Of a DNA stretch of 64,000 bases, positions 50,514 to 58,822 are shown piece after piece. The position numbers and the translations under genes are program-made. Position 1 is the stretch's first letter; every line of letters begins with the position of its first letter. The notes beneath the pieces were generated by a model. The model was not told the DNA's origin. It was given only the letters and a program-made list of their open reading frames with translations, and ran no database searches. The DNA lies in NCBI GenBank assembly GCA_028277945.1, contig JANQFH010000068.1, forward strand, positions 272,400 to 336,399. Reading direction: 5' to 3'. This DNA is from Oligoflexia bacterium. Its GTDB lineage: Bacteria > Bdellovibrionota_G > JANQFH01.

Positions 50514-51554
50514 TTACTTTGCCTTCTTGGCTTTTTTTCTTACAATCGTTTCCACGTCAATATCAGCATCTGCAAGGAGCCTGCGAACTTCATTGTAGTG
50601 GCTGTCTTCAATGGGGATTAATCCAATGACATTATGGCCTTGCATGAGTTGCTCCTTACCCTCTTTGGTTTGCGCATAGGCGTGCAGGGCATCCACAACA
50701 GCTTGTTTCACCTTCTGATTTTTAGCCGGATCTGTGTAGAGGTTGGTGCGAATCGCCCACGGGGCATTGGGTAGGTCCATGGTATAGTCGACAACTTTGA
50801 CCTTTTCTTCAACATCGGGAAATTGGGTTTTGACCATAGCGCGGGCGTCCTGGATGATCTCCTTGACCTTGCCATTTTCAACGACCCGCCTGGGCTGGGT
50901 GTAATAGGTAGCACCGGCATCGACCTGTTTTTGATAGACCATGGCGACAACGTTGTCGTGCCGGTTGGCAAAGACCACCTCACCTAACTGAACACCATGG
51001 TCTCTTAGGTGTATGGAGGGTGCAATATAGCCTGCAGTGGAAGCAGGGTCGGTATAGGCAAACTTCTTACCGCTCAGATCTTTAAGCGAGTGGATACCGC
51101 TATCTGCATGCGCGATAAACTGCCCCTTATAGGAGAGGTGTCCCTCACTACGAATGAGCATCAACACCGCTTCGAGCTCATACCCTTTGATGTCCTTGGC
51201 CAGGATATAACTAAAGGTGGTGATGCCACCAAAGTCTGCTTTGCCACTACCCATTGCCTCGATGACGGCAATGTAGCTTGTTGGCACCGCCTGCTTCACA
51301 TAAAACCCCGTCTCTTTGTTGTAGAGTCTCTTTGAGACAAAGCGCTCGACAAATGTGGCCATATGTTCGGAGGTGGTGGTGATCCCCTGCGAATCAATAT
51401 GGGGTACAAAGTACATGCTGAAAGGGCGCTGCTTCGAGCCCACCTCAGCTTCTTCACAGCCGAGGTTGAGCAGCAGCCACGGTAGTGTCGCCAAGCAGAT
51501 AAAACGTTTTAATAACAAAGAGTTGGTTCTTTTAAGCAGCAGTTGCTTGCTCAT
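50514..51554 (-). CDS. phnD: Phosphate/phosphite/phosphonate ABC binding lipoprotein
   Basis: Lipobox LNLGC, SYIAVIEAM, DPASTAGY, HDNVV. Confidence 0.85.
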   Translation of the reverse strand: MSKQLLLKRTNSLLLKRFICLATLPWLLLNLGCEEAEVGSKQRPFSMYFVPHIDSQGITTTSEHMATFVERFVSKRLYNKETGFYVKQAVPTSYIAVIEAMGSGKADFGGITTFSYILAKDIKGYELEAVLMLIRSEGHLSYKGQFIAHADSGIHSLKDLSGKKFAYTDPASTAGYIAPSIHLRDHGVQLGEVVFANRHDNVVAMVYQKQVDAGATYYTQPRRVVENGKVKEIIQDARAMVKTQFPDVEEKVKVVDYTMDLPNAPWAIRTNLYTDPAKNQKVKQAVVDALHAYAQTKEGKEQLMQGHNVIGLIPIEDSHYNEVRRLLADADIDVETIVRKKAKKAK

Positions 51555-51967
51555 CGCGCTTCTTTGTAGCGGCTATTTACCCAATGCGCAATGAAAAGCT
51601 ACAGCGATTCAGTGGCTCAGCACAGAGCAGACGACGAATGGGCAGTGTGGCTATGGCTTGGGATAGGACCATGCTAAATAACAGGCTAATACCAAGAGTC
51701 TCATGCGTATTGCCACGAAACTGGATTTTATTACCACACACCATAAGGATTTCCACCAAGCCATTCGTAAGAAAGTTCAATCTCAGCAGCTGAATCGGGG
51801 TGCCATTAGAGTCATCCGTTCCAGTACATTTAGCATTGGCATGCCGGCAAACTTTGACTAGGATCCCTGTCAGCTTTCTAAATGACCCTAATGGCCAACG
51901 ATTTTCTTACCTTAGGTGCGGACGGAGGACATTTGACTCATAGCGCCATCCATGCTAGGAGAGACCC

Positions 51968-53254
51968 ATGAAGAGTGAGAAGGCCAACTCTCAGCTACGA
52001 GCTTTACTCTGGTGTAAGGCCCTCCTGATCCTGGCATTGAGTGAGCCAGCGCTGTCTCGAGACGACTCTCTTAGCTTAGCGGACTATTTTGCCGACAATC
52101 CTAATACACCGATTGAAGCCCACCTTATTCACGATGCTGGCTATATTGGCATTGAGGTGACAGTTGGTGGTGTACCAGGACTTTTGTTTGTGGATCATAC
52201 AATAGGTTTGAACGTCTGGTATCCAGATGCCCTGAGAGATAAAAGTCCTAGCGAGACTGATGCGTGGAGAAGAGATGAGCAGACAGGAGAGACCACTATC
52301 CCGCTTTCTCTTGGTAAAATGTCACTAAGCATTCCTTTTGCACGCGTAGATGCGAGGTCGGTTTTAGTGACAAAGTACAAGAGACTTTGTAGAGCAGTGA
52401 ACTGCTTCGGCGTTTTAGGATATGGCTTTCTCAAACAGACGTCGGTAGAGCTCAGTGCGGACCCTGATACCATTCGTTTCCACAATCCAAATTCCGTCTT
52501 AATACCGCAAGAGTTGCAAAACAGTGACCAGCGTGTGTTTCTGCCTTACACACCATTAAAAACTGCTAAAAAAATCGACAGGCCATTAATCTTCATTGCA
52601 ACCACACTTCATACAGAATCAGATGGCATCACCGACGAGGCTAGAGCAACAAAGGAGAAGGGTGGCATTGAAGCTGTTGTAAAGGACCTTGGATACCGGT
52701 GCCTAGTTGGTATGTTTCGTATTCATCTCCTCAAGCAGTTTCACGTCGATCGTATCCGTGAAGTCATTGGTCGCCATATTGATCTCGGCAGCCTTGAAGG
52801 TGAGGATATGTTCGAAAAAGGAAAGGCTTTTGGCGCTAGGATCAAGGCAACAGCAACAGAAGGAGAACAGGTGATCAGCAACGAAACAGTTCAAAGGATT
52901 TACAACGACATGGTCGCAACAGATTTTGCTGATGTTTACAACCTAGTAGAATCGACCGAGCAGGACAAGGTGCGTGGTCGTATGCAACTCCAGTTAGCTG
53001 GAGATGGCGCTAGCTTAGATCAGACTCTGGTGTATGTAACCGGTCTCGACATCAACACCTCTAAGACCATCTCGTTTGCTGACAATCTTGAAGTGTCGAT
53101 CCCGGCCCCTTGGACAATGCGACGCATCCGTGAACACAGTCCCGACGTTGCTGAGCTGTTGGGTGAAATCAGCGCCCTCGCTCTCGCCAAACAGGGCCAC
53201 ATCGTCACCATTCACTTTCAAAGAAAAATCGTTGAGATTAAAAAAACAGGCTAA
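51968..53254 (+). CDS. Secreted protein with degenerate retropepsin-like lobes
   Basis: Signal peptide; IEVTVGGVPGLLFVDHTIG and GVLGYGFLKQ resemble aspartyl-protease motifs but lack DTG. Confidence 0.55.
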   Translation: MKSEKANSQLRALLWCKALLILALSEPALSRDDSLSLADYFADNPNTPIEAHLIHDAGYIGIEVTVGGVPGLLFVDHTIGLNVWYPDALRDKSPSETDAWRRDEQTGETTIPLSLGKMSLSIPFARVDARSVLVTKYKRLCRAVNCFGVLGYGFLKQTSVELSADPDTIRFHNPNSVLIPQELQNSDQRVFLPYTPLKTAKKIDRPLIFIATTLHTESDGITDEARATKEKGGIEAVVKDLGYRCLVGMFRIHLLKQFHVDRIREVIGRHIDLGSLEGEDMFEKGKAFGARIKATATEGEQVISNETVQRIYNDMVATDFADVYNLVESTEQDKVRGRMQLQLAGDGASLDQTLVYVTGLDINTSKTISFADNLEVSIPAPWTMRRIREHSPDVAELLGEISALALAKQGHIVTIHFQRKIVEIKKTG

Positions 53255-53335
53255 TCAAAATCTACAGTCTGACAAAACCCCTAATTCGTTAACAATCTCA
53301 ATCAGATTAGTTCATCATATTAATCCAGGTTTTTC

Positions 53336-53365
53336 TTGACAGATCATGCTTGATCATGATAGCCT
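53336..53365 (+). promoter_or_regulatory. Probable sigma70 promoter/operator of the TA pair
   Basis: TTGACA (53336) ... TAGCCT (53360); gatcatg twice and ATCATGAT palindrome in the spacer. Confidence 0.4.
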
Positions 53366-53387
53366 AAAAGGCCAAGATGGAGACTTA

Positions 53388-53600
53388 ATGATGGCAAAAG
53401 ATACTGAAATTGTTAATTTTTCTACCACTTTAACCAAACCGACGAAAGATCTCTTGGAACGATTCTGTAGCAAGCGTGGTCTTCGTATGAACCATCTAGT
53501 CGAGCGCGCTATACTCGAACTCCTCGAAGATGAAATGGACAAGGAGATCATCGAAGACAGAGAACTAGAAGAAACCGTTGAATGGAAGAAGCTTGCCTGA
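53388..53600 (+). CDS. Putative RHH-type antitoxin
   Basis: Beta-strand plus two helices (NFSTTL..KDLLERFC..MNHLVERAI), acidic tail; overlaps a RelE gene. Confidence 0.7.
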   Translation: MMAKDTEIVNFSTTLTKPTKDLLERFCSKRGLRMNHLVERAILELLEDEMDKEIIEDRELEETVEWKKLA

Positions 53601-53871
53601 CCAATATTGGAAAGTTGTCTTTCAGAAATCTGCTTTCAAAGAATACCAAGCTCTTCCAAAAAAGATGAGGATTCGGGTTGACCAAGTCCTTGAAGTTCTA
53701 AGCATCAATCCTTTGTCAGAAATCCTTCGATTCAAAAAGATTCGAGGAAAAGAAAACCATTATCGAGTACGCATTGGTGACTATCGGCTTATCTACTCTC
53801 CTCAAGCTGAAGTCCTTATCGTCCGTGTGATCAAGATTGCACATCGAAAAGAAGTTTATCGCTATTTTTAA
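53593..53871 (+). CDS. RelE/ParE family toxin
   Basis: WKVVFQKSAFKEY, YRVRIGDYRLIY, IAHRKEVY. Confidence 0.9.
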   Translation: MPDQYWKVVFQKSAFKEYQALPKKMRIRVDQVLEVLSINPLSEILRFKKIRGKENHYRVRIGDYRLIYSPQAEVLIVRVIKIAHRKEVYRYF

Positions 53872-53983
53872 TTTGGCGTCCCCAAGGAGCGGGAGCAGCC
53901 ATCTTCAGAGCAATATCAAGAAATCCTCGATATTCTAAAGTGAGAAAGCGTTTGCTTGCGCAGAGTCGAGGAGCTGTTTGAGA

Positions 53984-54874
53984 TCAACTGATTTCTGCTA
54001 ATCGTTCTTCGGTGCGTTTTCGAATCCACTCATTTCCTGTTTGGCTAATCAATCGCTCTAGGTCCTCAGCCGTACCAAATTGAATAACAACCAAGCTGGC
54101 ATGCCATTCAGTAACATGAGCTGTATCTAGGCTAAGAACAATAAAGGAAACATCTACGGCGAGACGTTTTTGATTTTCTGTAACTTCGTAGAACTGATTC
54201 GAGGCCGCCCCGGATAGAAACTGGTTGAAAAAGGCGAACCTCTCAAAATAGTCAGCGTTGTCGTAATCATGCAAATCTCTCTCAGCTGGATCGCCAAGCG
54301 CAAGCTTAACCATACCAACCAAATCGTCATTAACCTGCTGCCGAACACGCGCAGCCCATTCTAGAACTACAGGACTATCGGGCTCCCTCGTATTCAAGTG
54401 CTCAATAAATCTATTGATAGCGCGTTCACGATAACGCTTCGGCATATCCTTATCAAGGATCAGCTCCCAAACAAGACCCAAACCCGAAAGGGTAGCTGCC
54501 TCATTTCTGGTCAACGTAGCTCTATCAAAACGCGAAAAGATCGCCCCGAGCCCAGGTTCAACAATTTTTAACGCCCGGTCGACAACTACTTCATCGATGA
54601 TTAAAGCTTCGGGATCATCAATTACCATGGCTACGGCATAGTTCTGCAAAATATGAAACTTGGCGACCTCAAGCAAACCATACAGAGCCTGGCTGTCCTC
54701 AAGTGCTAAGAGCTGAATGACCGCTTGCTCTCGATCGTCAAATTCTTTACCCCGCTTAGCAATTTCTACAAGCTCGGCAATTTCATCCGTTGAAGCCGTC
54801 ACTGTGTTGGAAGCGAAGAAAAAAGAAAAAAGACTCAATAAAATGACTAGGCTATAGGAATAAAGTGAAAACAT
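53984..54874 (-). CDS. Hypothetical secreted helical (HEAT-like) protein
   Basis: Signal peptide, GGAGG RBS, helical acidic body. Confidence 0.6.
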   Translation of the reverse strand: MFSLYSYSLVILLSLFSFFFASNTVTASTDEIAELVEIAKRGKEFDDREQAVIQLLALEDSQALYGLLEVAKFHILQNYAVAMVIDDPEALIIDEVVVDRALKIVEPGLGAIFSRFDRATLTRNEAATLSGLGLVWELILDKDMPKRYRERAINRFIEHLNTREPDSPVVLEWAARVRQQVNDDLVGMVKLALGDPAERDLHDYDNADYFERFAFFNQFLSGAASNQFYEVTENQKRLAVDVSFIVLSLDTAHVTEWHASLVVIQFGTAEDLERLISQTGNEWIRKRTEERLAEIS

Positions 54875-55264
54875 GCAGGAAACCTCCCAAGTTGACAAAT
54901 CACATACCGTCTACCCCCCATTAGCAGAGGACATACCAGGAGTCAATCGGGGCGCGGAATAGCACTGCAATGTTTGCCTCATAAAAGAGAATGATATCAT
55001 ACCAACCGAGAAGCTCGGTTAAATCCAGTTACAGACCACCATTTACGATCGTTTCGATGTCCGTTGATTTCGCTTCATGTAGTACTTAACTGGTACTCAA
55101 AATGGCGCAACATGATATTGCAGCGAGCTCGGTTGGTGACGGAAAGATTTCCTTCAGCTTATTGCTTATGATTGATTTGGTTGAAGATTCGATCAAAAGT
55201 GGAATATACTGTATTTAATAATGTCATATAGTTATAAAAATTTTGTTGTATACAGGTCACATTT

Positions 55265-55609
55265 ATGGTACTCATAGTAGAAGAGCTTGAAGTTGAATTC
55301 TATGAAGATACTTCAGGCAAATGCCCGTTTCTTGAATGGCAGGAATCGCTTAGAGATAGAAGGGTTGAGGCCAAAATCGATAAGCGGATTCAACGTATAC
55401 GAACAGGTAATCTTGGTGACTGTAAGCGCCTAAAGGAAGCAGACGGTATTTGGGAATTAAGAATGGATTTCGGGCCTGGCTATCGCCTTTATTATGGGAG
55501 GGACGGAAACAAATTGATCGTCTTGCTTTGTGGCGGAATTAAGAGAACCCAAGATGCCGATATTGAAAGAGCTGAGAAGTATTGGCGTGATTATCAGGAG
55601 AGAAAGTAA
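55265..55609 (+). CDS. Addiction module killer protein (HI1419-like, RelE fold)
   Basis: PFLEW, GNLGDCK, ELRMDFGPGYRLYY, LLCGG, QDADIERA. Confidence 0.93.
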   Translation: MVLIVEELEVEFYEDTSGKCPFLEWQESLRDRRVEAKIDKRIQRIRTGNLGDCKRLKEADGIWELRMDFGPGYRLYYGRDGNKLIVLLCGGIKRTQDADIERAEKYWRDYQERK

Positions 55610-55920
55610 TGGCTCCTCAAACTAGAAAATTTAGAGACGTTTTGCATAGAAAGTTACAAGATCCAGAGTACGCTCTAGAGTTCTTGAATACCGCGCTTGA
55701 GGAATATCAAGAAGACCGTGATTTGCCGACTTTCCTGCTCTGCCTACGTGATTTGGCTGCAGCTCGTGGATTCCAGGAACTTGCGGAAAAAATGGATAAG
55801 GATAGGGGCAGTATATACCGGTCTTTCAGTAAAAAGGGCAACCCAGCATTCCACACCGTTTTTGATCTCTTAAACGCGCTAGGTTTTTACATACCCAAAG
55901 CTGAACTCAAGGCTTCTTAA
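55609..55920 (+). CDS. Addiction module antidote (HI1420-like HTH)
   Basis: LQDPEYA..FL, ARGFQELA, IYRSFSKKGNP; TAATG coupling to the toxin. Confidence 0.9.
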   Translation: MAPQTRKFRDVLHRKLQDPEYALEFLNTALEEYQEDRDLPTFLLCLRDLAAARGFQELAEKMDKDRGSIYRSFSKKGNPAFHTVFDLLNALGFYIPKAELKAS

Positions 55921-55944
55921 CTGAAACATAACCGGTCGCTCCCC

Positions 55945-56712
55945 TTACTGATTAGCCGGTTGCATGAAGAGCAAGGCAAGAATCGTTCTTTGAGGCTCTT
56001 CAATATCTGGAATTGCGTTATAGATGATTCGGGCCGACCAGCATTTTTCGGCTTTCGATAGCTCCTGCTTATCTTTGCCCGCCTCGAAGTTTTTCCTTAA
56101 TCTTTGCCCTTTTTCTTCACCAATTACCCTAAAAAGTAATTTAATCGCGTCTTGGGTATCCTCAGCCGTAATCTGTCTAGCGGGTGCCTCATCCAATTCC
56201 AATTTCATCGCCATTACGGAAATATCCCACCACACTTTGAGCTGATCCCTCGGTAAACTGGTGACTAAATTTAGAAACGTGGCATGATCCATACCAGAAA
56301 ACATACCGCTACAAACGTCAAGATCCGAGCTTTCGGCCCAACTTTGGTAAAAGGCAAGGCGTTGCAACAGATGCTGACTATCGAGTCGTTTAAGACCAGC
56401 TGTTACTAGTTTTGCACCAATTAATTTGGCCTCTTCTTCTGGCAGCTCCTCCATCATTTTTTCCAGCCGCGGATGGTCTTTAATGGGCACTATGCCCTCT
56501 TTTATCAAACGGTGTAACGAGAAAGGAGGGAAAAGCCATACTTGAGACAGAGTTGACCCCAGTCCAAACCCAAGCACACCGAAAATACTCATAAGATAGA
56601 GAAAGAGTTTCGATTCCTTTTTGATTTTGAAAAATCGTGAAACCGGTATTATAAGAAGGACTCCAAAAAAACACCCCACCATGCCCACCAAGGTTGAAGT
56701 AAAATCAATCAT
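55945..56712 (-). CDS. Hypothetical membrane-anchored protein
   Basis: Two N-terminal TM helices, helical domain with two Cys. Confidence 0.65.
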   Translation of the reverse strand: MIDFTSTLVGMVGCFFGVLLIIPVSRFFKIKKESKLFLYLMSIFGVLGFGLGSTLSQVWLFPPFSLHRLIKEGIVPIKDHPRLEKMMEELPEEEAKLIGAKLVTAGLKRLDSQHLLQRLAFYQSWAESSDLDVCSGMFSGMDHATFLNLVTSLPRDQLKVWWDISVMAMKLELDEAPARQITAEDTQDAIKLLFRVIGEEKGQRLRKNFEAGKDKQELSKAEKCWSARIIYNAIPDIEEPQRTILALLFMQPANQ

Positions 56713-56757
56713 ACGTATTGCCCTCTTCTAAAGGTTGCGCTCCTCATAAGGACAGCC

Positions 56758-57084
56758 TTACTCATTGGCAGCTTTGTTAAATTCGAGTTGGAGTTTGCCA
56801 AATTGGATACTAAGAGCGTCCATGACCTCAAGGACGGTGGAAAACAAGGGTTCACCATGCTCGGAGAAAGACTTGTAGAGGCTGGTGCGTGAGCGGCCGG
56901 TTTTGGTTGCCAGCTTGGACATGCCGTGGGCTTTGGCGACATCTTGAAGTGCCAATAGCAGAGGAGCGAACTCTTTGATTTGGTTGTAGTCCTCAAAGGC
57001 GGCGTTGAGATAGGCAACCGCCTCTTTGGGGTCTTTTAACTGTTCGTCCAGGAAATCTTCATATTTTCTTGTCTGTCTAGGCAC
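56758..57084 (-). CDS. Orphan addiction module antidote (HI1420-like)
   Basis: LKDPKEAVAYLNAA, GMSKLA, RTSLYKSFSEHGEP; paralogous to 55609-55920. Confidence 0.88.
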   Translation of the reverse strand: MPRQTRKYEDFLDEQLKDPKEAVAYLNAAFEDYNQIKEFAPLLLALQDVAKAHGMSKLATKTGRSRTSLYKSFSEHGEPLFSTVLEVMDALSIQFGKLQLEFNKAANE

Positions 57085-57124
57085 CTTTCATGCTCCTGTA
57101 ACTACGCCAATACGCTTTTGTCTC
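57077..57124 (-). pseudogene. C-terminal remnant of a killer toxin gene
   Basis: Reads ETKAYWRSYRSMKGA*, like ERAEKYWRDYQERK of the intact toxin; stop overlaps the antidote start; in-frame stop immediately upstream. Confidence 0.6.
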
Positions 57125-57266
57125 CTATAGAAGACGTTATGTCAATGAGCTAATTCAGAAAGGTTGAATTTTGGAGACCTAGAATAAAAGGCAGTACGGA
57201 AATTGGACTTCTGAAATCGGATTCAAAACGATTTAGAAAACAGAAAACTAAACACGGTGTGGTAAT

Positions 57267-57362
57267 TGGCGGAAGTGCATGGGAATCGAACCCACCACCG
57301 AACGGTTAGGTTCGGTCGCTGGATTTGAAGTCCAGGGTCTCCACCAGGAGGCAGGCACTTCC
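57267..57362 (-). tRNA. selC: tRNA-Sec (anticodon UCA)
   Basis: 96 nt; 8-bp acceptor GGAAGTGC/GCACTTCC, CTGGA-CTTCAAA-TCCAG, long variable arm ACCGAAC/GTTCGGT, T-loop TTCGATT, G discriminator + CCA. Confidence 0.96.
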
Positions 57363-57460
57363 AGAGGCTTGCCTCTATCAAAGCGTTGGCTGCATGTAAA
57401 CGGCAGTCATCGGCCTCGTTGAAGTTGTCTTTTTACCTAGGCGGGTTAGGGTAGAGGATT

Positions 57461-58213
57461 GTGGAATCGCTACAGGAAATCATCGGCGCGTTTACAACCT
57501 GGGAGCTGCTGCTCTTCTACTTTGCCGCCTTTCTTACCGCTATCCTTAATACCGTAGCTGGTTTTGCCGGGGGTATGGCGCTACTGGCGATCTTTTCCTT
57601 TTTTATGCATCCACAGATCTACATTCCCATGGTGGCGCTGGTGATGTTTGTGACCAATGTCGTGCGTTTGTGGATTTTGTGGCGAGAAATCCAGTGGCCA
57701 TTAGTACGCTCTTTTCTCATCGGCCTCTTACCCGGGGTTCTGCTTGGCGGCTATGGTTTTGCCGTACTACCCGCAAGGGTGTTGGAAGTGCTCTTGGGTG
57801 GTTTTCTGTTGCTCTATGTGGTGATCAGCGTGGTGCAGCGCCAATTGCTCTTTCGTGTGCGCTTGGGCCAGTTTTTGCCGGTTGGTTTTTTTGCCGGTGT
57901 CGTCTCGACAGTCATTGGCGCTGCTGGACCCTTTGTGGCACCCTTTGTCCTTGGTTTTGGCTTGAGCGGGCCGGTTTTTGTCGCCACAACCATTACGCTG
58001 CAAACCCTTACCCATTTTATCAAGCTATTTACCTATGCCTATGTAGGCGTGCTACCAGCGGGAGCTGCACTCTTTGCGCTGCTGTTGTCAGTTGCCCTCA
58101 TACCAGCCATCTTTGTGGGTAGGTGGGCGGGCATGCGGGTCAAACCACGAGCGTTTCGCACCTTAATCCTTGTGCTGCTGGCAATTGTCGGTTTGCGATT
58201 CCTCTTCTTTTGA
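57461..58213 (+). CDS. TauE/SafE (TSUP) family transporter
   Basis: Highly hydrophobic; AGFAGG, PGVLLG, GAAGP, two-fold repeat. Confidence 0.88.
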   Translation: MESLQEIIGAFTTWELLLFYFAAFLTAILNTVAGFAGGMALLAIFSFFMHPQIYIPMVALVMFVTNVVRLWILWREIQWPLVRSFLIGLLPGVLLGGYGFAVLPARVLEVLLGGFLLLYVVISVVQRQLLFRVRLGQFLPVGFFAGVVSTVIGAAGPFVAPFVLGFGLSGPVFVATTITLQTLTHFIKLFTYAYVGVLPAGAALFALLLSVALIPAIFVGRWAGMRVKPRAFRTLILVLLAIVGLRFLFF

Positions 58214-58250
58214 AAAATGGCCATACATTACATGACCTTAATCGAGAAAG

Positions 58251-58460
58251 TTATCCACAGCTGTGGATAAATTAGCGATCGTAAGAGTGGAAGTTGTGCA
58301 TCTGCCTAGAGGGGATGAAGAGTTCTATTAAACTGCTGAAACTAGAACTCGAATTCGAATTGCCTAAAAAGTAGTCAATTTGTTAAAGCCCTTGTCCTCA
58401 CAGCTTTTTTTGTCTTTTTGGGCGGTTTTTCCAAAAGTTATCCACAGAAAGTGTGGACAA
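58251..58460. promoter_or_regulatory. DnaA-box cluster (oriC or DnaA-titration site candidate)
   Basis: TTATCCACA 58251, TGTGGATAA 58262, TTATCCACA 58438, TGTGGACAA 58452 in an AT-rich intergenic region. Confidence 0.7.
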
Positions 58461-58519
58461 AGAGAGGAGTTTCAATTTAAAATTCAATGGGTTAGACTCT
58501 AAGCGAGACTGCAGCTCTT

Positions 58520-58822
58520 ATGCCCAAGGTAACCTTTCTCATGGATGGTGACGAGTCTTCTGGCGACTTTGAGTCTGGAACCAGACTATTGCATGCTGCG
58601 CAGAAACTCGAAGTGCCGATCATCTCCACCTGTGGTGGCCAGCCCAGTTGTACGGATTGCCGTGTTAAGGTGTTGCAGGGGATGGAGAACCTCTCCAAGC
58701 CAGAGTATGCCGAAGTCAGTCTGATCGGCTCCGTAAGCCACATTACCCAGGAGCGCCTCTCTTGTCAGGCTAAAGTGCGAGGTGATGTGTGCGTGCAGCC
58801 TCTACGTCTGCGGCGCCGCTGA
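58520..58822 (+). CDS. 2Fe-2S ferredoxin
   Basis: CGGQPSCTDC ... RLSCQ. Confidence 0.88.
   Translation: MPKVTFLMDGDESSGDFESGTRLLHAAQKLEVPIISTCGGQPSCTDCRVKVLQGMENLSKPEYAEVSLIGSVSHITQERLSCQAKVRGDVCVQPLRLRRR

Larger units (their letters stand above)
51915..57266. mobile_element. Decayed genomic island / accessory patch at the 3' end of selC
   Basis: Abuts tRNA-Sec 3' end; AT-richer by eye; TA modules, orphans, tRNA-end-like scars; no integrase; left border uncertain. Confidence 0.5.

Noticed and set aside
51577..51793. Two overlapping ~68 aa ORFs upstream of phnD
   Set aside because: No recognisable motifs; likely intergenic.
56709..57017. 102 aa alternative-frame ORF
   Set aside because: Overlaps the clear antitoxin gene on the same strand; Ser/Pro-rich with no motif.
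51915..57266. Integron cassette array
   Set aside because: No intI and no convincing paired attC core sites between genes.
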